Shown here piece after piece: positions 1 through 8,973 of a stretch of DNA of 64,000 nt. The notes under the pieces were generated by a model. That model saw only the letters and a program-made list of their open reading frames with translations, was not told where the DNA came from and made no database searches. Every line of letters begins with the position of its first letter. The first letter of the stretch is position 1. Origin of the DNA: a virus (lineage: Duplodnaviria > Heunggongvirae > Uroviricota > Caudoviricetes); IMG/VR virus record IMGVR_UViG_3300033072_001087, positions 50,816 to 114,815 of that record; one strand, written 5' to 3'. The position numbers and the translations under genes were made by a program.

Positions 1-9
1 GGCGGGGCG

Positions 10-1020
10 GTGTTGTATGTCGTCAAGTTAGATGATGACAATACTGCTGGCACACTGCGTTGGGCGTGTACAAGAGCGTTCAAGCGACATATCAAGGTTG
101 CGGTAACGGGCATCATTACGCTGCTCTCTGACCTTAATTGTGAGCCGGAGATGAATCTTGAGCCTGAAGATGGCTACGCTTTCATGACGCGGGGCGAACA
201 GTTCAGCGTCGGCAGCGATACCATCGTCAAAAACTGCCGGTTCACCAACGGCATACCGACGAACAATTGGGGCTATGCCGATGCGTTCGCGCTGCGCTCG
301 GAGGCGGACGGCGTGGTCATGCTCAACTGCGAAGTTCTCGGCGGAGCAGATAGCTGCATCGAGCATCTGGGGCAAAACCTGCTGCTGTACCGGACGCTGG
401 TCGCCGACGCCTTCTACAACGAAAAGGGCATCAACGTGACGCAGGGCGGTGAGGGCTTCACGATGCTTGAGTGCGTGGTTGCCGATGTCAGCGACCGCCC
501 GCCGACGTTTTTCAGCGGAGGCAGGGTCGATCTGTTTCGCAACATCTTTGCCTTCAATGGCACGCCAACCAACTTTGAGGTACGTGACGGTTCTGTGCAA
601 GTGAATGCGAAAAACAACCTCATGATCCCGCGCCGTAATCCGAACCCAAACGTAACTTATCATATGTTCAATACCCCTGTCGGATCGCATATCGATCCTG
701 ACTTAGTTTCGGCATCGGGCATTTATCTAGAAGGCAATACTATTGATATTGACGCCGAAGCAACACAGGCAGACATGATTCAGCCAAGTGATCGCCCCTC
801 GGTCGGTCAAGTAATGACACCTTACACAGATCAATATTATCCATTGGCATCCGTTGGAGCGATGGATGAGGCTAGTGTTCTAGCAAATGTTGGCGCTATG
901 CCGCGCGACTCGTGGGCGCAGACGGTCATTGATGAAATCGCAAGTCGCTCATGGTCGGCGCAGGTTTTACATCAAGATGCGCGCGACGGGTATCCTGATT
1001 TAGAATCGTTGTTCGAGTGA
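10..1020 (+). CDS. Right-handed parallel beta-helix (pectate-lyase-fold) protein, C-terminal portion. Possibly a tail-spike/depolymerase-like protein. The 5' end may lie outside the window.
   Basis: Repeated NxxxxNG / N-C-x-V-x-G-G-x-D beta-helix rungs (NCRFTNG, NCEVLGGADSCIEH), Asn ladders. The ORF runs from the window edge. Confidence 0.4.
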   Translation: MLYVVKLDDDNTAGTLRWACTRAFKRHIKVAVTGIITLLSDLNCEPEMNLEPEDGYAFMTRGEQFSVGSDTIVKNCRFTNGIPTNNWGYADAFALRSEADGVVMLNCEVLGGADSCIEHLGQNLLLYRTLVADAFYNEKGINVTQGGEGFTMLECVVADVSDRPPTFFSGGRVDLFRNIFAFNGTPTNFEVRDGSVQVNAKNNLMIPRRNPNPNVTYHMFNTPVGSHIDPDLVSASGIYLEGNTIDIDAEATQADMIQPSDRPSVGQVMTPYTDQYYPLASVGAMDEASVLANVGAMPRDSWAQTVIDEIASRSWSAQVLHQDARDGYPDLESLFE

Positions 1021-1024
1021 TGAT

Positions 1025-1279
1025 TTATTCGTCCATTTCGCCCGTAATCCAGACGGCAACGATGGATATGCCGTGCGGAAAGAGTATGACAGCTTCGCCA
1101 CCATAAATCGGGATGCGCGGCGGCGTGTTGTCTTGCCCGACGATGTACGTCATGATTGTTTTTAGCGCTTCTTCCGCTTCTTCGTAGCTGTTCATCTCAA
1201 ATTCGAGTGTCGGGCGCTTTGCGGCGTCCGAATAGGCGATACAGAGTTTTGCGTCGGATGAATACTGTGAATTTGCCAC
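1025..1279 (-). CDS. Hypothetical protein (84 aa).
   Basis: ORF in a compact minus-strand gene array. No recognisable motifs. Confidence 0.3.
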   Translation of the reverse strand: MANSQYSSDAKLCIAYSDAAKRPTLEFEMNSYEEAEEALKTIMTYIVGQDNTPPRIPIYGGEAVILFPHGISIVAVWITGEMDE

Positions 1280-1280
1280 G

Positions 1281-1742
1281 TTAGCCTCGTGCTTTATCGA
1301 ACGCTTCTACTAGATCGGCGATACTGTCCCACACCAATTCGTCGTCAATGTATCCGGCGACGAGTTTTGTGTAGCTGATGCCCGGTTTTTCCGCGCGCTT
1401 CTCCAGAAAAAAGCGGTAGGTGTTGACAAACGGCAGGATAACCGATGTTGGCAGCACAACTCTCTCTCCTAGTTCGTGGCTTTCCAAGTAATCTGCGTGG
1501 TCATGCCCGAAAACAAGGCTGAACGCACGCCGAAAATCACCAATACGCGGTTGAGCATAGCCATTCCACACCGGGTCACTGTCTTTTTGCCACAAAAACG
1601 AGTCTGCGATGCTCGCAAATGGTCTCAGCGCGTCGATCAAGTCGCTAACTTTCGCTGCCAGCTGCAGCGAATCGTCGCTTCTGCGCTGTTTTTCAGCCGC
1701 CAATTCCGCTTTTAGCTGTTCGATTTCCTGTTCTTTAGTCAC
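1281..1742 (-). CDS. Hypothetical protein with N-terminal coiled coil.
   Basis: 153-aa ORF with a KEQEIEQLKAELAAEKQRR coiled-coil N-terminus. Stop/start-coupled with its neighbours. Confidence 0.35.
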   Translation of the reverse strand: MTKEQEIEQLKAELAAEKQRRSDDSLQLAAKVSDLIDALRPFASIADSFLWQKDSDPVWNGYAQPRIGDFRRAFSLVFGHDHADYLESHELGERVVLPTSVILPFVNTYRFFLEKRAEKPGISYTKLVAGYIDDELVWDSIADLVEAFDKARG

Positions 1743-2062
1743 GCGTTTTCCTCACTTTCCAACACAAGATACACGGGCATGTCTGCTAAAACCCCGTACG
1801 CAGTCGCCCATTTTATGTACAGATCGACTTTTTCGGGGTTGATTCTACCGATCCGAAATGGGTCCGGTTTCTCTTTCTTGATGATATTGCATCGCTGGCA
1901 CAAGAGCTGAAGATTTTCCAGCGTGTTTCCGCCGCCAGCGATTTTGGGGATGATATGATCGATGGTCAGATCTTCCACCTTTTTGCGGCGACGGCAATGC
2001 GCACAGCGATCGGAGTCTCGCGCGATCAGTTTTTGCCGTGTCGCGCGCGCGTCGAATGGCAT
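1739..2062 (-). CDS. HNH endonuclease.
   Basis: CAHCRRRK...DHIIPKIAGGGNTLENLQLLCQRCN is a canonical HNH motif (Cys pairs, His, Asn). Confidence 0.8.
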   Translation of the reverse strand: MPFDARATRQKLIARDSDRCAHCRRRKKVEDLTIDHIIPKIAGGGNTLENLQLLCQRCNIIKKEKPDPFRIGRINPEKVDLYIKWATAYGVLADMPVYLVLESEENA

Positions 2063-2073
2063 GAGAAAACCCC

Positions 2074-2427
2074 TTAGAGCTTTCTCGCAGTATCTACGAT
2101 CTTTGAGATCGCGGCCGAAACGATTAGCATGGCGGCATCGTCGTTTTTAGGCAGCCCAACATCGTCCTTCCTGAGTAGATTGAGGATAACCCGTGTCGAA
2201 TTTGGCGGGAGTGGTGTTCCATCTAAACGACGCTTCACAACCGCGCGCGCCGAAAGAACGCTTGGCAAGGCGCTAATTTCGGCGTCTGGATTGGAGATAA
2301 ACACCGCCAGTTCGAGTTCGTCGGTGAACATTCCGTACTTCATAATGTACTCCAATACACTGTGTCGATGTCTTTTGCATAGGCTAGCAAAACGCCAAAC
2401 CCTTTCGGATAACCGGCGCGCCCCCAC
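2074..2427 (-). CDS. Hypothetical protein.
   Basis: 117-aa ORF within the minus-strand operon. Confidence 0.3.
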   Translation of the reverse strand: MGARRLSERVWRFASLCKRHRHSVLEYIMKYGMFTDELELAVFISNPDAEISALPSVLSARAVVKRRLDGTPLPPNSTRVILNLLRKDDVGLPKNDDAAMLIVSAAISKIVDTARKL

Positions 2428-2849
2428 TCTTCGAATGTAGCCATTCCGGTTTTAGGTGTTACCCTAGAGATGTCATTTGTGTCCATAAAAAACTCTGTGA
2501 CTTGTGGCGCAAGGTAGTACATTTGCATGTCTTGTCCGACGTGGCGCACATACACAACCGCCGTCTTTGCGCTGATCTCTCGGTATTTGTCCTCATAGAG
2601 CGCACACAGATATTTGCCAATGATCTTCTCAAGCGCTTGGCACTTGCAAACGACGCGTTGAGATAAAATGGTTGAAAGCGACGTGATGAGTTCGGCGATC
2701 TGCGTCGGGTTAACGGCGATAAACGGTCTGTTTTCGCTGTGATCGCCAAGTCCGACCGATAGAAATAGCTGCTGCTCATCACCGTTGATGTACGTATATG
2801 CGGCTTCGACGTGAAGATCGCCTATAGCCCTGTTGTAGATTTTGTTCAT
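2340..2849 (-). CDS. Hypothetical protein. The start is probably downstream of the annotated one, because it overlaps the neighbouring ORF.
   Basis: 169-aa ORF, translationally coupled to the downstream gene. Confidence 0.3.
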   Translation of the reverse strand: MNKIYNRAIGDLHVEAAYTYINGDEQQLFLSVGLGDHSENRPFIAVNPTQIAELITSLSTILSQRVVCKCQALEKIIGKYLCALYEDKYREISAKTAVVYVRHVGQDMQMYYLAPQVTEFFMDTNDISRVTPKTGMATFEEWGRAGYPKGFGVLLAYAKDIDTVYWSTL

Positions 2850-3364
2850 TACAGTTTCCCCTTCGGTGCCTGTTCAAGCAAGTCCACCGCTTTTGCGATC
2901 TCTTCGTCCGTATGTGGTGTGCCGCCTGTGTTCATCTCGATGTACCATCTCACCACATCGCGATACGTCTTCAGATCGTTTACGTAGATGTCGAAATACG
3001 CCTCAAGTTGATTTAGGCTGTCTTCGTAGTCACGCAGCAGCGTTCCGAAAGCGGGGATTTCGTTGTGCAAAAAGCGCAGCACCGCATTTGTACGCTGTTT
3101 GCCGTCCACAAGATACATCGGCGCTTTAAATGCGCCCATCCAATCCGCTTGGTTGAAATAGATGGCGCGGCCGGATTTACCGCCGCGTAGAATATACTCG
3201 ATATAGGCGATTTGCTGCGCTTCCGTCCAAACATGAAGGCGTTGAAAATCCGCATCGACCAGCGTAGGACGCCGCGCAAGCCAATCTTCAAGGTAGAGCC
3301 AAGGCTGCGTGACGTGATAGCTTGGCGAACGGGTGAATTGGGGGATATTTTGGAATTTAGGCAT
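2849..3364 (-). CDS. DUF262 / ParB-like nuclease-domain protein.
   Basis: VDGKQRTNAV resembles the DGQQR motif of DUF262 (GmrSD N-terminal / ParB-Srx fold). Confidence 0.5.
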   Translation of the reverse strand: MPKFQNIPQFTRSPSYHVTQPWLYLEDWLARRPTLVDADFQRLHVWTEAQQIAYIEYILRGGKSGRAIYFNQADWMGAFKAPMYLVDGKQRTNAVLRFLHNEIPAFGTLLRDYEDSLNQLEAYFDIYVNDLKTYRDVVRWYIEMNTGGTPHTDEEIAKAVDLLEQAPKGKL

Positions 3365-3869
3365 GGTTAGGTGCGATCAAGTCGCAATCGACCCCATAAG
3401 CAGACAGAGCGGTCCGGTAGAATGGATTGTTGGCTATTGCGGCGACGAGTTCGGGTGGAAGCTTCTTGCTTGGCTGCTGCAGCCCTCTGACTTTGATCTC
3501 AGGAAGCCGAACGACGTTCTCAAATACGATCGTCGTTTCCATGCCGCAGAACCGTTCCCTCCAGTAATCTCTTACGACGAACTTACTCCGATCCGCTTCC
3601 GGCATTGTCAAGAACGTATCCCCGATCGCCGCAGCGTGCGCCAAACCATAGACCACGCCGCGCGGCATATTCTTGACATCCAAGTGTTTCGCCCAGTCAA
3701 GATAGCGCCAGCTGTTCCACAGCGCGACGCTGGCATGAAGAAAGACCAGATCGCCCGGTTGAATCCAGATGGCGTGTCTTGTTTTGGACGAAATCAGCCC
3801 ATTGATGACCGCCTCGGTCCACGGCTGCCGATTGCTCATAATCCAGATTGCCACAACCTTACTCCTCAA
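3357..3869 (-). CDS. Hypothetical protein.
   Basis: 170-aa ORF, coupled to its neighbours. Confidence 0.35.
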   Translation of the reverse strand: MRSKVVAIWIMSNRQPWTEAVINGLISSKTRHAIWIQPGDLVFLHASVALWNSWRYLDWAKHLDVKNMPRGVVYGLAHAAAIGDTFLTMPEADRSKFVVRDYWRERFCGMETTIVFENVVRLPEIKVRGLQQPSKKLPPELVAAIANNPFYRTALSAYGVDCDLIAPNHA

Positions 3870-4197
3870 TCAGATTGTCAGCGCGCAAGCGCAACGCGTC
3901 GGTATACTCGTACACTGCCTCTTTTACCTTTTCGCGTACCGGTTTGGAATTGATTGCATCGTTGAATCTGTCTATATTGAACGGAAACTCGATGTCTTTG
4001 ATGTAGCGCCCTCGTTTTCCACCGATTTTCATGCGCGTTGCCATAAAATAGTTCCACGTTATTGATCGATAACTCATACACTCGACTTTGTATTCAAATT
4101 CGTCCTTTTGGAACCTTACACTCTTTACCGATACATATCGAGGGTCCGCGAATATTTCCATTACAGTGTCGAGTAGGGCGATGTTGAACATCGACAT
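3859..4197 (-). CDS. Hypothetical protein.
   Basis: 112-aa ORF. Confidence 0.3.
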   Translation of the reverse strand: MSMFNIALLDTVMEIFADPRYVSVKSVRFQKDEFEYKVECMSYRSITWNYFMATRMKIGGKRGRYIKDIEFPFNIDRFNDAINSKPVREKVKEAVYEYTDALRLRADNLIEE

Positions 4198-4198
4198 G

Positions 4199-4894
4199 CT
4201 ATTTCCCCCTCCATGCTAATGCGTCGTATGTTTTCCCGAATAAAAGACGGTTGTTGCCGGGAAATCGATCGGAGCCTTGCTTGTGAAAAAACGCCGCCCC
4301 GTCTCTCATCGCGATTTGCCGAACATCTTCCGCCCATTGCGGATCGAATGGACGACGACTTGTACCGCTTTCAGCTCCGGTAATGACTCCATCGACGCCA
4401 TTCAGGTTGATTTCACCGAGCGATCCCAACAACGGCTCGATGCTCAAGTATTTGTGCTGTGCCGGAATTCGTCGTAACCAGTCGATGCGCCATGTATAGT
4501 CGGCGTTCTCAACCGATGTGCCGAGCCATATATTCGGCAACCAATTCAGATACGGGGATAAATAGTAGGCGCGTTCGATGCGCTTGGTCAACAGCAAAAA
4601 GGTTACATCCGGGCGCATTGCCAGCGCATTAAAGTGCCAGTGCAGGTAGCGCAACGGCATATCCTCGTGAAACAGGTCATACATATCTCCGACAAAAACC
4701 TCCGCGCTTTTCGGCAGTGCGCGCAGTTCGTTCATCGCTTTTTGCCGCCACACAAACGTATCCGCTGCCGCTTGCGGATAACGTGCAGACAGTTCCAGCA
4801 TGTAACAATGCTTGCAGCCGGGTGAAATGCGCGTGCAGTACCATTTCACGAAATTCAGCGAGTGCGTACACCACGCGATGCTTGTTTTGCCCAT
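4199..4894 (-). CDS. Phage Gp37/Gp68 family protein (DUF5131).
   Basis: N-terminus TSIAWCTHSLNFVKWYCTRISPGCKHCY matches the TKIEWT..WNP..GC..VSPGC.NCY signature of the Gp37/Gp68 family. Confidence 0.7.
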   Translation of the reverse strand: MGKTSIAWCTHSLNFVKWYCTRISPGCKHCYMLELSARYPQAAADTFVWRQKAMNELRALPKSAEVFVGDMYDLFHEDMPLRYLHWHFNALAMRPDVTFLLLTKRIERAYYLSPYLNWLPNIWLGTSVENADYTWRIDWLRRIPAQHKYLSIEPLLGSLGEINLNGVDGVITGAESGTSRRPFDPQWAEDVRQIAMRDGAAFFHKQGSDRFPGNNRLLFGKTYDALAWRGK

Positions 4895-4900
4895 CTTTGC

Positions 4901-5155
4901 TTACCTTCTTTTGATGTTAAACTCGGCGGCTTGCTCATCGCTTATGACCCACAAATGACGACGGTTTGTCTCATTGACCAAGTTGCTCGATGCAGGAAAT
5001 AGCTCAATCGCAAATGTCTCTTCGCCGACCATTTCGTTTTTGATTTGCTGTAATACGTCCCACTCGGCGACTATTGGCTGTCCATCACGCCGCTGAATGA
5101 CAATATGTTTGCCGTCCACGCTGCTTGCAGTATAGGTATCCCATATATCTTGCAT
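4901..5155 (-). CDS. Hypothetical protein.
   Basis: 84-aa ORF. Confidence 0.3.
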   Translation of the reverse strand: MQDIWDTYTASSVDGKHIVIQRRDGQPIVAEWDVLQQIKNEMVGEETFAIELFPASSNLVNETNRRHLWVISDEQAAEFNIKRR

Positions 5156-5194
5156 CGCCCACCTTCGTTCACATGGTATAAAATCTATCGAAAA

Positions 5195-5575
5195 CTACTT
5201 CGCAATCTCGTAGAGCGCAGCTAATAACGCCAATGCTGCGCGTTCTGCGATTGAGATGGCATAGTCCTGTCTGGAAACACCGTGATATTCGCCGTTCTTG
5301 CGATAGGTCAGAACGACTCGTCCGTCATCGTGGAATGTGATGTCGAACCCTTTTTCTTGGCATACTTCAACGACCACATTGAGATCGGAGTGGTAATCTG
5401 GAACCCTCACGCTTGCCATAACAATCTCAACGCCTTGCGCATCGCGAGTAATTCCATTTTCTTGAATCTGAGTTTTTAATGGGTGTTCGTACCAGTAATC
5501 GTTGTATTCCGCAACGTATACTGGCTTGAGTCCTAAGTGTACTGCGATTTCTATGTCGATGCTTCTGGCGTTCAT
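5195..5575 (-). CDS. Hypothetical protein. The start was moved to the internal ATG at 5575 (MNARSIDIEI...).
   Basis: The upstream part of the long ORF covers a GC-rich hairpin and is unlikely to be coding. Confidence 0.35.
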   Translation of the reverse strand: MNARSIDIEIAVHLGLKPVYVAEYNDYWYEHPLKTQIQENGITRDAQGVEIVMASVRVPDYHSDLNVVVEVCQEKGFDITFHDDGRVVLTYRKNGEYHGVSRQDYAISIAERAALALLAALYEIAK

Positions 5576-5614
5576 AGCGCTCCTGTGAACAATTGTTCTC
5601 ACCGTAGACGCGGC

Positions 5615-5646
5615 GGAGGGGCGGCCACGCACATAGCCGCCCCTCC
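5615..5646. promoter_or_regulatory. GC-rich stem-loop (11-bp perfect stem ggaggggcggc/gccgcccctcc, 10-nt loop) in the leader of the minus-strand operon.
   Basis: Inverted repeat read directly from the sequence. No flanking T-tract on either strand. Confidence 0.5.
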
Positions 5647-5806
5647 CGTAAGCCACACTTACACACAAGGAGTGGGGTGAAAGGAGTAAACCCCCCACAC
5701 AAAAATTTTACCACAAACATCTTGAGAAAGATATGCTAGAATTGCTTAAGATAGGATTGATAAACGCGCTGAGTTTACGCAACTGTTAACTAATGAGGTA
5801 GTAAGA

Positions 5807-7105
5807 GTGAAAAAATACAAAGTTACGGAACGCAAGATCACCGATTACCAGCCTGACCCAACAAATCCGAATTTGGGTTCTGAGGAGGGATTGGCATTCA
5901 TAGAAAAGAGCTTGCGTGAAGTCGGCGGTGGGAGATCGTTGGTTGCGGACGAGAAAGACATTCTTGTTGCCGGAAATAAGACGCAGGAAGCTGCGGTCAA
6001 TGCGGGGATTACCGATGTCATTGAGATCGAGACTGAAGGGGATGTACTGATCGTTCACAAGCGGCGCGATTGGGACGCAGAACAATTGAACGGCGAAGCG
6101 CGACGCTATACGTTTCTCGACAATCGCGCATCCGAATTGTCGATGCGTTGGAATCCCGAACAGGTCAAACTGAATCTCGACGCTGGTATGAAACTGACAG
6201 ATGTGTTTGATCCGTTGACGCTCAAAAAGCTCATGAATAGCATCACCGGCGAAAACAGCGGTGCGGATCCGAACCGCACATCGAAAGGGCAGGTGGATAA
6301 AGCCGAGCAGATCCGCGCAAAGTGGAATGTCGAGAGCGGACAGGTCTGGCAAATTCCAAGCAAGTTCCGCGATGGGGCAGTGCATCGCGTGATGTGCGGA
6401 GACAGTGCGCAAACGGCGGATGTAGAAAAACTGATGCAAGGGATTATCCCCGATTTGTCGGTCACGTCGCCGCCCTATGCGGTAGGCAAAGACTACGAAG
6501 GCGCAACGCTGCAGGACTGGCGCGCGATTATCGCCGGAGTCTTCGGGGTTATGAGCGCGTGGGGGAATATCTGGTTTGTCAATTTGGGCGATCAAAAGAT
6601 CGGCGATGATGGCTTTGAGCATCACACCTACGGTGAGATGGTCGATCATTTTGAACGATCTTACGGATACAAGATTCTCACCACGCGTATCTGGAAGAAG
6701 GATGCCGCGTGGCAAGCCGCGCCGTACTGGAATACGACCTACAAGGCGGTTGATGAATTTGAGTATCTTGGTGTCTTTGCCAAAGACAAACCTAAGCACA
6801 TCATTCGTGTCGAAGGGCAGGAATACAACGACTGGGCAATACGCGGCGTTTGGGATATTCCATCGGTCCGCGCCAATACGCTGCATTCCGCACAGTTCCC
6901 GGTTGAAATTCCAATCCGTGCTATCCGGTTGTACACCGATTTTGGGGGGACGGTTCACGATCCGTTTGGCGGAAGCGGGACGACATTGGAAGCCGCCGAA
7001 CGATTGGGAAGAACCGCCTATCTGATGGAAAAGCAGCCGCATTACGCGGCAGTCATTTTAGACCGTGCGGAGAGCATGGGACTGGAGCCGAAATGCGATG
7101 AGTGA
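5807..7105 (+). CDS. ParB-like nuclease domain fused to an N4/N6 DNA methyltransferase.
   Basis: N-terminal ParB-like region. Methyltransferase motif IV SPPY (VTSPPYAVGKDY) and motif I HDPFGGSGTT. GTG start with a gagg RBS. Confidence 0.8.
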   Translation: MKKYKVTERKITDYQPDPTNPNLGSEEGLAFIEKSLREVGGGRSLVADEKDILVAGNKTQEAAVNAGITDVIEIETEGDVLIVHKRRDWDAEQLNGEARRYTFLDNRASELSMRWNPEQVKLNLDAGMKLTDVFDPLTLKKLMNSITGENSGADPNRTSKGQVDKAEQIRAKWNVESGQVWQIPSKFRDGAVHRVMCGDSAQTADVEKLMQGIIPDLSVTSPPYAVGKDYEGATLQDWRAIIAGVFGVMSAWGNIWFVNLGDQKIGDDGFEHHTYGEMVDHFERSYGYKILTTRIWKKDAAWQAAPYWNTTYKAVDEFEYLGVFAKDKPKHIIRVEGQEYNDWAIRGVWDIPSVRANTLHSAQFPVEIPIRAIRLYTDFGGTVHDPFGGSGTTLEAAERLGRTAYLMEKQPHYAAVILDRAESMGLEPKCDE

Positions 7106-7691
7106 TACGACTTACGAATGGGAAAGACAGAGTAACGAGTCAGAAGATCAGTATCGCGCTTTTCTGATCTACCGTGATTTGGGGCTGAGTCGCTCACTCC
7201 AAAAGGCATGGAAACAATATTCGCCGGATGCAACAGATAATCCTTCATCCGCGTTTTCCGGGTGGTCTTCGCGGCATAAGTGGCGCGATCGCGCGCGCGA
7301 ATGGGATCGGCATCTACAGCGCCTTGAAGATGCGACACAGGAAAACGAGTTTAAGGCAGTTCGCCGTGCGGAGAAAAAGAATCGGCTGGAGATGCTCAAT
7401 GCCCTGCGTTTAACGGCGACATATCTAGCCAACATCACGATTGGCGATGACAAGAAGTTCACAAAGTCGGCTGACATTAAAAACGCGGCAGGCGTGATCG
7501 CCATGTATCTTGAGCAGTCGCGGATTGAGATGGGCGAGGCGGTCAAGGGCGGTCAAGAAATTACGGTAAACGCAAATACAAAGGTGGATGTCAGTGATGC
7601 AGTCGCAACAGCCAGAGAGCGGCTTCAATCTCTCGTTGCTGAAAAGCCTGCCAAAGCAGAAGCAGCAAGAGATAATAAGCTCGTTCAGTGA
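7098..7691 (+). CDS. Putative terminase small subunit.
   Basis: Position immediately upstream of, and overlapping, the large terminase. Helix-rich N-terminus. ATGAGTGA start/stop overlap with the upstream gene. Confidence 0.4.
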   Translation: MSDTTYEWERQSNESEDQYRAFLIYRDLGLSRSLQKAWKQYSPDATDNPSSAFSGWSSRHKWRDRAREWDRHLQRLEDATQENEFKAVRRAEKKNRLEMLNALRLTATYLANITIGDDKKFTKSADIKNAAGVIAMYLEQSRIEMGEAVKGGQEITVNANTKVDVSDAVATARERLQSLVAEKPAKAEAARDNKLVQ

Positions 7692-8973
7692 CGAGGAAAT
7701 CCTACAACTCCTATACTCGTGGGAGTTTATGGCGCGTCCAAACCAGCTGCCACCGAAAGGCGACTGGCGCATTTGGCTTTTGATGGCGGGCCGCGGGTTC
7801 GGGAAAACGCGAGTGCTGTCAGAGTGGGCGCGGCTCATGGCACACAAAATGCCGGGCAGTCGTGGAGCAATTATCGCAGCCACCGCCGCCGACTCGCGTG
7901 ATACCGTCGTTGAAGGGCATTCCGGTATTCTGAACGTGTGTCCGCCTTGGGACCGTCCTACGTATCAGCCGACTAAGCGTCTCGTGCTTTGGGGCAATGG
8001 ATCGCGCGCGACGTTATTCAGTGCGGATGAGCCGAACCGATTGCGTGGTCCGCAGTTTCATTGGGCGGTATGCGACGAGCTAGCGGCGTGGCGCTACCAG
8101 AGCGCTTGGGATATGTTGGAGTTCGGTTTGCGTTTGGGGCAAAACCCGCAGGTGGTTGTGGCGACGACTCCGAAACCCGTTGCGCACTTGCGACGTTTGG
8201 TTAAAGACTCTGAGGATCCCGAAAACAAGATCTTCATCACGACGGGATCGATGTACGAAAACATCGATAACCTTGCGCCGACGTTCATCCGCGCGATTCT
8301 GCGCAAATATGAAGGTACGCGGCTTGGGGAGCAAGAAATTCACGCTGTTCTTCATGAGGATGCCAAATATTCGCTCTGGAAAAGCACGATGTTCGAGCGC
8401 GAGGGCTTCCGTTTTACGGATATTCCGCCGCTGGAGCGCATTGTTGTGGCGGTGGATCCGGCGATCAAGTCTGGATCGGAACGCAATGATGATGAATTGG
8501 ACGACAAGGTAACAGAGACGGGAATCATCGTTGTTGGCGTTGATCGGCGCGATCACGGGTACGTCCTTGAAGACGCGACGATCGCCGGGTCGCCGAAAGA
8601 GTGGGCGGACGAAGCGGTGCGAATGTACAAGAAATACAAAGCGGATCGAATCGTTGTCGAAATCAACAACGGCGGTGAAATGGTGGCGCATACCATTCGC
8701 ACAAGTGATCCGAATGTAGCGATTGCCGAAGTAAGCGCTTCGCGTTCAAAGCAAACACGCGCCGAACCGGTTGTCGCGTTATACGAGCAATGGCGTATTC
8801 ATCATCGCGGTGTTTTAGCCGATTTAGAGACGCAGATGGTGCAGTGGGAGCCGGGCGCAAAGTCTCCCGATCGTATGGATGCGCTTGTATGGGGACTCAG
8901 CTACCTTCTGATTAATGATCAAGAGGAAGCCTTAGAAATGATGCAGGGGCATTATGAGCATGTTAGTCGATAA
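7588..8973 (+). CDS. Terminase large subunit.
   Basis: Walker A-like LMAGRGFGKT, Walker B VCDELAAW, and C-terminal nuclease-like acidic motifs (VVAVDPA...). Confidence 0.85.
   Translation: MSVMQSQQPESGFNLSLLKSLPKQKQQEIISSFSDEEILQLLYSWEFMARPNQLPPKGDWRIWLLMAGRGFGKTRVLSEWARLMAHKMPGSRGAIIAATAADSRDTVVEGHSGILNVCPPWDRPTYQPTKRLVLWGNGSRATLFSADEPNRLRGPQFHWAVCDELAAWRYQSAWDMLEFGLRLGQNPQVVVATTPKPVAHLRRLVKDSEDPENKIFITTGSMYENIDNLAPTFIRAILRKYEGTRLGEQEIHAVLHEDAKYSLWKSTMFEREGFRFTDIPPLERIVVAVDPAIKSGSERNDDELDDKVTETGIIVVGVDRRDHGYVLEDATIAGSPKEWADEAVRMYKKYKADRIVVEINNGGEMVAHTIRTSDPNVAIAEVSASRSKQTRAEPVVALYEQWRIHHRGVLADLETQMVQWEPGAKSPDRMDALVWGLSYLLINDQEEALEMMQGHYEHVSR

Noticed and set aside
28-690. 220-aa minus-strand ORF
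   Set aside because: Antisense to the beta-helix ORF.
5786-7042. 418-aa minus-strand ORF
   Set aside because: Antisense to the ParB-MTase gene, which has clear catalytic motifs. A typical shadow ORF in GC-rich DNA.
8080-8691. 203-aa minus-strand ORF
   Set aside because: Antisense to the large terminase.
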